A stretch of DNA of 64,000 bases from Felis catus (taxonomy: Eukaryota): positions 158,474,001-158,538,000 of the forward strand of contig NC_058368.1 of NCBI RefSeq assembly GCF_018350175.1, written 5' to 3'. Positions 33,174-44,744 of this stretch are shown here, piece after piece. How positions within the stretch are numbered: position 1 is the first letter of the stretch; each line of letters starts with the position of its first letter. A model generated the notes under the pieces. The model was not told where the DNA came from, searched no databases, and worked only from the letters and a program-made list of their open reading frames with translations. The position numbers were made by a program, and so were the translations under genes.

Positions 33174-35387
33174 AAAGATAATATCAAGATGTTTTAATAT
33201 GTTTAGTTAAAAAACTAAAATGTGCACAGAAGCTCAAAACTTTTTCTGATATCACTGAGGTCTAGGAGACATGGTGATATGGCACATTCCTGCCATAGTG
33301 AGATTTTGAAAGTTGGGCCACAAATGATATTTCTTGTATCTTGTTTACTAAAGGCTTTAGGTCAGTGTAGGATTCTTTCCATTTCATATTTATTAACAAT
33401 TATGCATTTGTAACACTTGGAGGGAAGTGTTGCCTAAGAGTAGAGGAACTATTCATTTCTACATCCAGTTTAGTTCTTTTTCTGTCAAGCAAATGGAATA
33501 AGCACACCTCGCTTCATACACACTTCATACAAGTAGAACTTGTTTCGGTGTTAAATCAGGTATTAAATATATTTTGTCTCTTGGGTGGGGTTGAAACAGT
33601 TAGGAATTCAAGACTAAAAGGGGTAGTGTTAACATGAAGGTATAGAATAAAGGTACTTCTTTAACTGGTAACAAGGCCTGTATTTCAGACATCGGGAATG
33701 CAAACATGTCTATGATATAATGTGTTTAAATTCTTACCTGTTTTGTTTGTGTCCTCACAGAAGCTTAATAAGAAACTAGTTTTACTAGTGAATTTATAGT
33801 TGTGCTAGTACCTGTGACACTGTATTTTGTTATTATTTTTGCTAAAGGAATGTAACTTGGCAGCCCCTCTTTGGCTCTGAGAATCTGTTGTGATTTATGG
33901 CAGTTTACCTCCCTACCTCCATCCACCCTGCCAGAAGTCTCTGGGCCTGTTGCCTGTTGTTGTTGTTGGGTTTTTTTCCTCGCTAAGATAATATTCTGAA
34001 CTTCTGAATCATATAAGGTAGTGATTTTGAACAATAGCAAGGTGAAGGAAGTAAGAAATAATCCTTTAAATGGCTGTATGGCTGGAATGCATGGGAACAT
34101 AGTAGAGGCATTCCTCTCCTTGAGTCACAATCGTTCCTAGGAAGCCTCAGTGTTCAGAAAATAGTGTTTTCTCACAGGAATAAGTTATTGGAGTTCATGT
34201 TTCTTCCCAAGAATGTTCAAAGAGGCATAAATGGTATATTATGAAAGCAGAGGTACCATTTGTTTATGACTCCATTTTCTGAATGGTGAAAACCACATTT
34301 CCTGTTCTGTATAAATGTACATGCTTGTTCAGCCAGGAACCATCAATTACATATGACAGAAAGCACACAGTTGTCCTATATTTGGTTCCTAATAGAGTTG
34401 GTACCCAACATAGTGCTCCACACATTAGATACACATATTAGATGCTCATTAAAGGTTATCTGAAACTAATATTACTTCATGCAACTCCAGAACAAACTTT
34501 AAGTAACAGTTGTGTGTCATTTTTACTTTTTCAATTTTTTTTTCCCAAGTAAGGTTGAATTTCAGTGCTCTTTTCCTTTTTCTTTAAATTTCTCTAAGAC
34601 AAGTAGAGTAATTCCAAATCAGTTTTTTTTGAATATTCTTATCAGTGCTCATTCAGCTTTCTTTTCCACTGAAACGCCTTTCCAGCACCTGCTTTTTCAG
34701 ACCCTGTGCTTTGTACTGGGAAGATAGTGCTAAATAAGAAATGGTCGTAGTGTTTGAGGGGAAGCAAGATGAAGGTTAGCAGGTTTGCATTTGAGACCAA
34801 AGTGATGCAGTTAAATCAGTTTCTTTTCCTGCAGTCCTGTGGGGCCTTCTGGCTGGCCTACTCTTGGAGACTTTGCCCTTCATTAGTGAGCCACAAAGAC
34901 AAATCCCAAGCCAGTTAAATGAGACTTTTAAAAAGGAATTTCCTACTATCCCAGAATTGGGAAGAAGGCATGAATTGGCCATGTATAAGCATTCATGTGG
35001 CCTTATGGGTAGAATAGAGTAGGTGAAACTGCATCATGGCTGTTAATCAGGCAAAACCATTGAGAGGCAGGGGTTATTAGTCGACACAACAGAATAACTA
35101 ATGGTCGAAGTGTATTACAGCATGAGCTGAGATATGAAAGTATGAATATTAGACATGACACTAACCAGGAGGAAGAAAATGTGGGTTTCTGTCCCGAGGT
35201 TAATCAAAGGATAAAAATTAAATGACATTTTGAGAAAAAACTGAAACAACTCCCTAGTGGCCAAGTAACATAAATTATGATATGTAAACTGTGAAGATAT
35301 TTATTCAACATATCCTTCCCTCTTAAAAATATCCCTCCCCGTCTCAGTATATTTATGGAGTTATAACACAGAAATGGTATAGGCAGT

Positions 35388-35755
35388 GTATTAGCTCAGG
35401 CTGCCATAACAAAATACTACAGGATTGGGTGGCTTAAACCAAAGAAATGTTATTTTCTTACAGTTATGGAGGTTGGGAGTCCAAGGTAAAGGTGACAGCA
35501 TGGTTGGTTTCTGGTGAAAGTCCCCTTCCTGGCTTGCAGTTGGCCACCTTCTTGCTGTGTCCTCACATGGCTTTTCCTCTGCACAGAGCTCTCGAGGCTC
35601 TTCCTCTTCTTACAGGAACACCCGTCTTACCAGCTCCACCCCCATGACTTCATTTAACCTTAATTATCTCTTTAAAGGCCCTGTCTCCAAATACAGTTGC
35701 ATTGGGGTTACACATGCATTTCAGCACGTGAATTTTCGGGAACATAGGCAGCCAT
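35388..35755 (-). mobile_element. MaLR LTR (MLT1A/B-type)
   Basis: tgtattag..ggctgccataacaaaatac..gggtggcttaaac..gtgtcctcacatggc..ccctgtctccaaatacagt. Confidence 0.85.
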
Positions 35756-36065
35756 ATTTTGGACCATTTGTTTATCTCAAGGTAAAGAAGATTATATTTT
35801 TCCATAGGAACAAATGGTTAGAGTCTACATTCCTTCTTCCTAAGGATGCTGAAAGAAACACAAATGGTTCAGTTCTTTTTTTCTGAACCCAGGAATCCAG
35901 GATGATTCAAAACCCCTTGTGCCCTTGTATAAAGTTATACAGACCATCTGTATTTATTTTTCTTCATGTATTTACTCTATATGCTTTTTCAAACAGTATA
36001 ATGAAACTTCAGTGCTTGAATTGTGGTATCTGGAGAGTTTGGGAATTTTTTATTTATCTTTAAAA

Positions 36066-36548
36066 GCAAGAGTTATGCTTCTTAAGTATTTTGGTCTCAG
36101 GACCCCTTTTATACTCTTACAAATTATTGTGAATCTCTAGGAGATTTTGTTTATATGTCTAGATATTTACTGTACTAGAAATTCGCACTGAAAATTTTTT
36201 TAAAAATAAAAATTAGTAAATTTCATAGTGACAATAAAAAAAATTACATTTTTAAATGAAAAATAGCTATCCTCCAAAATAAATTAGGGGAGGAATTATC
36301 TTACATTGTTGCAAGTCTCTTTAATGTCTGGCTTAATAGAACACAACTGGATTTTCAGATTTGCATTCAGTCTGTTGTATCTCATGTCGTGCGTGTAGCC
36401 TATGGAGAACTCCCCTATACCTACGAGAGAATGGGAGTGAAAATGGCAGATAACATCTCAACTGGAAGACAGTTTTGGCCTTGAAGACCGCTAAAAAAAT
36501 ATGAGGGATTCCCAGGGTACCCATACTGCACCTTGAGAACTGTCACTG
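36066..36548. mobile_element. hAT-Charlie-like DNA transposon remnant
   Basis: ttttggtctcaggaccccttt..actctta..aattatt at the left end, caccttgagaac..ctg at the right end. Confidence 0.65.
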
Positions 36549-37609
36549 TAAGCATTAAACTTGCCTTTTACAGGGGCTGGAGATGAACACCTTAGGAGTC
36601 TAAAATGGGTAGAAAGTGGAGCTGATGGAATTGGGCAGCGAGTTTAAGATAGATCTAGGTCATAGAAGGAAATGTACTAGCCAGGAATATCTGACAAGCC
36701 ACACCTCAGACGCCTTGGTTAATTGAAGACTCTACTGTCATTTCATTTCAGCCCTGGATAGTTCTAGGGAGGACACAGATTTTAAAAAAGTATTCAATTG
36801 TCCTTTATAAAATGGATTTTTATCTATATTCTGTTTATATTTGAAGGGATTTCAACAAGCTGCCCCTCTTTCCCAATACCCCCTCCCTCCAACATAACAC
36901 TTAATATGGATGCATCATTTAACTTCTCAGCCCTTGAGTGATGTCTTAGACTTATCTTAATTATAATGAATTAAAGGTCTACAAAGTTCAGTTATTTTTG
37001 TTTTCTGCTTGTCCAGAATGTTATAAAACCCTTTGTCCCATACTTGCCCTGCCATAGAATGATCTGGATCTTTAAGAGAACTAGAATCAACTGTCTTTTT
37101 TTTTTTTCTTGGGGCTCTTTGGGGCCATTAATAACTAGGACTGATCTGCTTAAAACTGTCTTGCCCCCAAGTTAAGACATATGGTAAACTGATTAAGTAT
37201 AAATATGTACACCCTGCCATGTATACATAAGTTCAGCCAACTGAGTGAGAATTCTGTAAAAATAGGTGATATACCCACTCATCCTAATGCAGCCATTCGA
37301 AGTACTTTGAAATACTTATTAATATTATAGAGAATTAGCCTTACGTCTCTTGGTGTTTAAGTGTCAGGAATACGTTTAAACAGGAGACTTTTTATGCTTC
37401 CTTTTTTGTGAGCGGAGAAAAAGCCATTTTGGAACAAAGGTCTAAAGTCTGGTGTCTGCCAATGAGTAGTTATTGTTCAAATAAACCTCTCAGATTGGAC
37501 TTTTTATAATTAAAATCAGAGTACTGAAGTGTTGCATATTCCTCATTCTTGGTGTTACCTTTTTAAAATTTAAAGTCAAAGCAAAACCAGAAAGCTTTAT
37601 AATTTATTC

Positions 37610-38990
37610 CTCCCTCCATTCCCATTCTTAGGCAATCACTGACCTGCTTTCTGTTACCATAGATTGGTTTACTTTCTAATTCTGTAGAATTTTATATAAA
37701 TGGAATTATATAGACTTTGTATAAATGGAATCATAGACTGTCTTTTTTCACCTGGCTTCTTACAGTTAGCATAATTTATTTTGAAATATCCATGTTCTAT
37801 CAGTAGTTCCATTTTCTCTCTTTTCTTTTTAAATTGCTGAATAGTATTCTATTGTATTGATATGCCATTATTTGTTTATCCATTTACCTCTTAATGGGCA
37901 TTTGGTTCCAGCTTTGAGTTATTACAAATAAAACTGTTGTGAAGACTCAAATACAAGTCTTTGTGTAGACATTTGTTTTAGTTTCTCCTAGGTAAATGCC
38001 TTGGAGTTGATTGGTTGGATTACCTACGAGCTGTCTGTTTTAACTTAAGAAACTGCCAACTGTTTTCCAAACGGGTTTTACCATTTTACATTTCCATCAG
38101 TGGTGTTTGAGAGTGCTTATTCTCTACATCCTTACCAAAATTTGGTATGATTAATTTTTTAAATTTTAGCCAATCCAGTGTGTGTATTGCAGTGTGGTTT
38201 TAATAGCATTTCCCTGATGACTACTGATATTGAATGTATTTTTTTTTTTTTTTGGCAGTAGTTCATTTTTTTTTGTGAAATGGCTGTTCAAGAGTTGGTT
38301 AGGGGTTCTAGAAGTTGTTTATGTATTCTGGAGACATGTTTACCCAAAGGTATAAATATATCTGTGTAATATAGAACATGTATTATGTATATTACACAAA
38401 CATATAATAACAGTTCCATATATGTAAAAGCAATAAAGATGTTGCTCTATCATTTTCTGGCTTTCATGGTTTTCTGTTAAGAAACTCATGGAGGGGTACC
38501 TGGCTGGCTTAGTCTGTGGAGCATGCGACTTTTGATCTCTGGGTTGTGAGTTTCAGCCCCACATTGGGGTAGAGTTTACCTAAAAAAAAAACAAAAACAA
38601 AAGCAAAAATCTCATGGTATTTGTACCGGTGTTACCCTATATGTAACATATCAGTCTTTTCCTATTTAGTTGCGAGTGTTTTTTTTTTTTTTTTACTTTT
38701 GGTTTTTAGAAGTTTGATTGTGTCTTGGTTTGGTTGTCTTTGGTCCTTTTATTTTTAAGATTCATTGAACTTCTTGAATTTATGAATGTGTGTCTTTCAC
38801 TATATTTGCAAAGTTTGGGGCAATTATTTCTTAATAATTTTTCTGTCTCAATGTTTTTATCCTGTCATTTTGGGACTCCCAACTACGTATATGTTAGTCC
38901 TTTTGATACCTTCTTACAGATCCCTGTGGCACTGTTCATTTTTTTTTTCTCAATCTTTATTTTCTCTGGGTTCTTCAAACAGAATAATTT
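37610..38990 (-). mobile_element. Old L1 fragments (3' region, then ORF1-like region), interrupted by a SINE
   Basis: ggcaatcactgacctgctttct, gtttatccatttacc, gaaactgccaactgttttcca; later tttgggactcccaactacgtatatgttag. Confidence 0.75.
38493..38606 (+). mobile_element. Short old Can-SINE (tRNA-Lys-derived, lacking CT region)
   Basis: ggggtacctggctggcttagtc...agccccacattggggtagagtttac + A tail; TSD approximately aaa(t)ctcatgg. Confidence 0.85.
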
Positions 38991-39171
38991 GTCTTCAAGA
39001 AATATTTACTGTCTGGTATGTGAATCATAATCAAAATTGATCTTCAGTTTCGCTTATAAATCCCCTGAAAAATAACTGCAGTAAAGAAAGAGCTGCAGTG
39101 AAACTTGGTTCAGTGACTAAATTTAAGTATAATTAAAAAAAAAAATCTCACACGATATGATTTGCTGTAAA

Positions 39172-39369
39172 CTTTTTTTTAAGTTTATTTTTGAGAGAAT
39201 GAGCGAGCGAGCAGGGGAGAACAGAGAGGGAGGGAAAGAGGATCCCAAGCAGGCTCTATACTGTCAGCACAGAGACTGACAGGGGTCTAATCTCACAAAC
39301 CGGTGAGATCATGACCAGAGCCGAAATCAAAAGTGGGACACTTAACCGGCTGAGCCATCCAGGTGTCCC
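39172..39369 (-). mobile_element. Can-SINE
   Basis: TSD atttgctgtaaa. Confidence 0.92.
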
Positions 39370-39627
39370 AAATTTGCTGTAAAATTTTAAGTTGCTAATT
39401 GAAATGTATTTTTAAACAAATTGGCCAATTTGGTGTTTGGGGTATGGGAGCATCATTTCCTATATTAGTATTCTTTTATCAGTTGGGACAGTGAGTTCTG
39501 TGTCCCAACAGATAGCATTGCAGTTATTTTTTCCCAATGATGACTATATGTTGAGATCAGTCTTTGTAAGAAGATAGAAAAATAATAAAATGTGTTAGAA
39601 ATATTTGCATTAAAAAATAAATTTTAA

Positions 39628-39825
39628 GGGGCACCGAGGTGGCTCAATAGGTTAAGTGTCTGACTTTGACTCAGGTTATGACCTCACAGTTCATGTTGGG
39701 CTCTGTGCTGACAGCTCTGAGCCTGGAGCCTACTTCAGATTCTGTGCCTCCCTCTCCTGAGCTCGTGCTGTGTCTCTCTCTCTCTCTTTCTCAAAAATAA
39801 ATAAACATTAAAAATTTTCTTAGAA
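39628..39825 (+). mobile_element. Can-SINE with internal deletions
   Basis: Head, gagcctggagcct, CT run, A tail. Confidence 0.9.
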
Positions 39826-41094
39826 ACCCACAAATTTTAAAAATTAGTCAGGCTTTATCTTTTAGCCAGAAAACTACTTTATTTATAATTATGCAGATTC
39901 CATCATCCCAAGTGTCACATTTTCCTGTATCAGGATTCAACTAGTACTATAGGGTAAAAGGAGACAGCAAATAGATTTTCTCAAAAAATGTTCTATAGTA
40001 GAACATGAGAAATTTCTCTAGGAATATAATTTTTTTCTATCATATCTAGTCTCTGTTTTGTCTGAGAACAGCATGGAACCATGTTGCTGAGTCTTGAAAT
40101 GTCAGCTTGTCTGTTCCCCTGCAATGATTTTTATTTTTCTGGTTTGGTCTTAAAGTCTTGAGAATTCATTTTATTATGAAATGTAAAAACTCATTTAAAA
40201 AAAGCATTTCATAGTTCTTTGCTCTTTTCAAAGGAAATAGAGTATCTAGAATAAAGTAATAACCGTAGCATCTTGTAGACTTGCTCTTTAGGTTGATGGG
40301 TGCTTGCACAATGTTATAAAGTTCTATTATCTGAAAAGGACTCGTTAAAAAAAAAATGTGTCTGCTGTGGTGCAAGAACAAATGACTTCTCTGTGGTTGC
40401 TTAACCATTTCCTGTAAGTCTGAGAAAGTGGTTGTTTTCAAAATCATTGAGCTGAACTTGGGTTGATCTAAACTTAGCTGTGCAGTTGTGTGGGTTAAAC
40501 TCACTCGTTGTTTCACTTCCATCTTCCTTGTAAAAAATTAAAATCTAAAAATTCAAAAAATCTTGTTTTCATTCGTTTTAACTAAGTAGCTGAATAATTT
40601 TGAACAAAAGTTAATAATCTGTAAAATATAACGGGCTTAGCGTGTCTCATAAAAAGCTTCTAGTTTTGTGAACTAGCAAAAAATAAAGTTTCAGTGAAAT
40701 GGGTAACTGTGTTGTATTTGGATAATTTCAGAATCCTAATGAAAGAGGGAGCAAGTTCGATTTACTGCCCAGGATGGAGTTGTAACAGGGAATGTAAATT
40801 GGGCAAAATCAAGCAGTACTTTTTCAGTACCCACTAAATGCCTGGCTGAAAGAGTTGTAGAAACTATAGTGCCATTGTTTGACACATGGCAGTAGTTTCG
40901 TGGATCTCTGACACCATCCTAACCCTCTTCACAGCTCTTCAGCTCTGATGTAGGGATGGCTCTGTGACCACCCACCCCAGATCCAGAGGCTGCTGACACA
41001 TGAGGCATTTCTCTGGTACATGGGACCTGGTTTGACATTCCTGGCCTATTTTAAGTCATGGCACATGGTCTTGAAGGGTTTAGCTACCATAGAA

Positions 41095-41460
41095 AAATAT
41101 GGGTTTGAAATTTGGCCATGTCACTCACTAGCAAGTTATCTAACTCTCCAATTCCCACTTCTTCATCTATAAAATGTTGTGGGGGTTAAATTAAATGAGT
41201 TGACCTATGTAAAATCCTGATTAATAATACCGAAACCTAATAATTATTTAGCACTTTATTATGTGCTAGGCTCTGTTCTAAATGTTTTATACATATCTCA
41301 TTTAATTCTCAAAACTCAGTGAGATAGGTACTGTTATTATCTCCATCTTACAAATGAGCAAACTGAACTTGGAAAGATGAACTAACTTGCTCAATCAAGG
41401 TTACACGGGAATGACATACCAGTCTAGTTTCAGAGACATTCCTAACTACTTTGCTGTGCC
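41095..41460. mobile_element. Two MIR remnants in opposite orientation
   Basis: gggtttgaaatttggcc..cttcatctataaaatg, then agcactttattatgtgctaggc..ctccatcttacaaatgagcaaactga. Confidence 0.65.
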
Positions 41461-41924
41461 CAGTGCATTGTTAGCGCATGCTAACGCCCTTAGCGAATGT
41501 TGGTTTTTATCACTGTTTGTGGTGGTGTTAAGATGATGGTTTTGATAACGAACTTGGTCTTACTTTTTTCATTGTTTGCCCTGGTCCTGTACTAGGGCCC
41601 CAGGCATAGCATCCCCACATCTATTGATAAGGGAGTAAGAAACAATGAAGTCATGTACTTCAAGTTTTCCTCAAAGCCCTTGGAGGGAAAGCTCACAGTT
41701 GCACACAGTTTTGTATAAAGAATGCTGAGTGTTCTGAATACCGGATGTTCTATTCTTATGTGTCTGAGTTGGAGTCTAACCATGAGGCCCTACTTCTGTT
41801 CCCATTTCCAAGATGTCACAGAATCGTAGAACTAGTATGTGTAGTGTGTGATTTTAGGGCATTGTGTAAGAAATGTACACCACGATATTAATAGTATATT
41901 GTGTAAAGGATGGATAAATCATTC

Positions 41925-42600
41925 ATCTGTTGCTGTGTAACAAATGACAATACTTAATGGCTTAAAATAATAACCAATTTGCCCACTATTTTGTACGTCA
42001 ACAATTTGTACTGGGCTCAGCTGGATGTTTCTTCCACTGATCTTGCCTGGGGTCACTTGTAGCAGCCATCATTTGGCAGCTTAATTTGGAACTGTAAGAT
42101 TTAAAATAGCTTAACTGGCATATCTGGCAGTTGGTGCTGCCTGTTGGCTGGACTTGTCTTCCCATGTGGTTCTTCATCCATAAGGACGCTAGCTCAGATT
42201 TATTCTCATGGGGCTCTCAGGTCAGCAAAAGAGAAATAATGAAAGCAACAAGGCCTTTTAAAACTAGGATTGGAGAGGCACCTGGGTGACTCAGTCGGTT
42301 AAGCAGCCGACTTCGGCTCAGGTCATGATCTCGCGGTCCGTGAGTTCGAGCCCCGTGTCAGGCTCTGTGCTGACAGCTCAGAGCCTGGAGCCTGTTTCAG
42401 ATTCTGTGTCTCCCTCTCTCTGACCCTCCCCCGTTCATGCTCTGTCTCTCTCTGTCTCACAAATAAATAAACGTTAAAAAAAAATTAAAAAAAAAACTAG
42501 GATTGGAAATTGTACAGTGTCACTTCTGCATTCCATTGATTGAAACAAGTTGTAAGGCCATTAGATTCAAGGTGGATACAGACTCCACCTCTGAATAGGA
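41925..42600 (-). mobile_element. Old MaLR LTR interrupted by a SINE
   Basis: tgctgtgtaacaaat..cttaatggcttaaaataa..gggctcagctgg..gtcacttctgc..agactccacctct. Confidence 0.75.
42275..42491 (+). mobile_element. Can-SINE
   Basis: TSD aaaactaggattgga; nearly identical in subtype to the 3608 SINE. Confidence 0.95.
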
Positions 42601-42674
42601 GGTTCCATCAGAGATTAATGGTACATTCTACCTGGTGTCCAGGTTTCCTGATTTCACCATCCAGGGCCATTTCT

Positions 42675-42836
42675 AAGTTTATTTACTTATTTTGAGTGAG
42701 AGAGGGAGAGAGAGAATCCCAAGTAAGCTCTGCACTACCAGGACAGAACCGGCTGTGGGGCTTGAACCCATGAACCACGAGATCATGACCTGAGCCCAAG
42801 TCAGACGCTTAACCAACTGAGCCACCCAGGTGCCCC
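42675..42836 (-). mobile_element. Can-SINE
   Basis: TSD cagggccattt. Confidence 0.92.
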
Positions 42837-44520
42837 CAGGGCCATTTTTAAGACACCTCAACAGTGTTGATAATTTTTCATCATTTTATTAACTTTAGAT
42901 CTTCATAGATTAAAACATGATCTGTACATGTTCAAGGGGGTTCTCCTATTTTTATACATTTAAAAAGTAGAAAATATAGATACTAAAAACACCCAACATA
43001 CTCATAACTCCCAGAAATAACCAGTGTTTAAATTTTTATTTACAGTGTTTCCAACTGGATGAATATTTATTTATTTAAAATTCCATAACCTGCCTCTTAA
43101 TACTATATTTTGAATACCTTTCCATGTTTAAAATAGATGTAAATAAGTTTTATGATGTAAATAACTTTTATGTCTGTATAATACTTTATTAGGTATGAAT
43201 ATACCTTTGTCACATACTTCGATTATTTCCTTTCTGTTGCTCTGTAAACAAGACTGCTGTAAACATTCTTACACATATATTTTTCTGCAGTTACTCTTAG
43301 GATGCATTTCTCTTATGGAGTTACTTGGTCAAGTAACTTATTTTAGGTTTTGACATGTATTGATGAGACATGATTTTAAACATTCTATAGTTTAAACTTG
43401 CCAGTAAGTATAACTGCAGAGCAAAGTTCTTAGGTGTTATAGAAAGATTATTCTTTAGACATTCACAAGTGGATGTACCCATTATGATTTGTGTTTGGGG
43501 GAACTTAGATGTGTGTGTGGGGATTGTTGGGATGAACTGTTAGGGTGAACCTTAAATTTAGACCACTTTCCCTTTAACATGATCTCAAATATAATGAATA
43601 ACTGAAAACCTAGATAAAAATGGCAATCATAAAAAAATAACATTGCTTTAGCATTTCAAATCAAAATGTGTTAACTTAGTTACTAATATTATCTTCTTGA
43701 CTAAAGCCTTTATTTTGCATACAGGTCCACTGATTAGAGTTCTACAATATTTCATCTTATATATGATATGTGCTGTTTGTGACGCATCTGTAATTTATAG
43801 GTCTTCATTATTTTTCAAATGGTTTGAGAACTTAAGACACTTTGACGGCTGGGAGCAAAATTCTTCTGTAGGGCCCTCCTCCCCTAATCTTTTTGTTTTA
43901 CTTGCTAATACCTAATCTGGCAGCTGTGTTATTTTGGGGACTCATTTTTGTGGTGTCTTTCTGCTGCATACTCAGCTTTCATAGAAGCAGTTTTCATTCT
44001 TTTTTTCATTTAATGCAGTACTTATTTACATAACTACAGTTATAATTTTAACTAGCATAAATTGATTGGAGAACAACTAATTCTTGGCAAGAATACAACT
44101 GCCCTGGTGGGGACATAAGTGCTTGAATCTTCTAGAGAGTAGCCCTTTAGACATTCAGTGGACACTTGGCATCAGAAAATGTCTTTCAGGGGGGAATGAA
44201 CAGCATTTGTTAATTTGGAGGTTTAAGTGGACATAAGTTAAAAGAACATCTACTTTGTTGAGGTAGAAAATTTTCTTTATTTACTGAAGGAAATTACTCT
44301 TCTTAATTCTTGTTTTACAGTTAAGGTTTGAATTAAACTACAGGTGTTTATTTGTCCCTCTCCTTGATCCTTTACATTGAATCCTGTATCTGAAGCATTT
44401 TGTGGCAGGATTCTTTATGTGCTATAGCTCATGTTTGTATTTGATACCTTTTGGCCTTTGGCATTCTCTAGTAGAATGCCTCCTTTTCATCTTCAATGTT
44501 ATCCTTGATAGATATTTAAA

Positions 44521-44744
44521 GGTTTTTTTTTTTTTTAATGTTTATTTTTTCAAGAGAGAGAAAGAGAGACAGAGATAGAGCGTGAGCAGAGAAGGGGCAG
44601 AGAGAGAAGACACAGAATCTGAAACAGGCTTCAGGTTCTGAGCTGTCAGCACAAAGGCTGACGGGGGGCTGAAACTCTGGAATGGCGAGATCATGACCTG
44701 AGCCAAAGTTCAATGCTTAACTGATTGAGCCACCCAGGCACCCC
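44521..44744 (-). mobile_element. Can-SINE
   Basis: TSD cttgatagatatttaaa. Confidence 0.94.

Noticed and set aside
38493..38606. tRNA-Lys-like gene
   Set aside because: A tail, TSD and degenerate stems indicate a tRNA-derived SINE.
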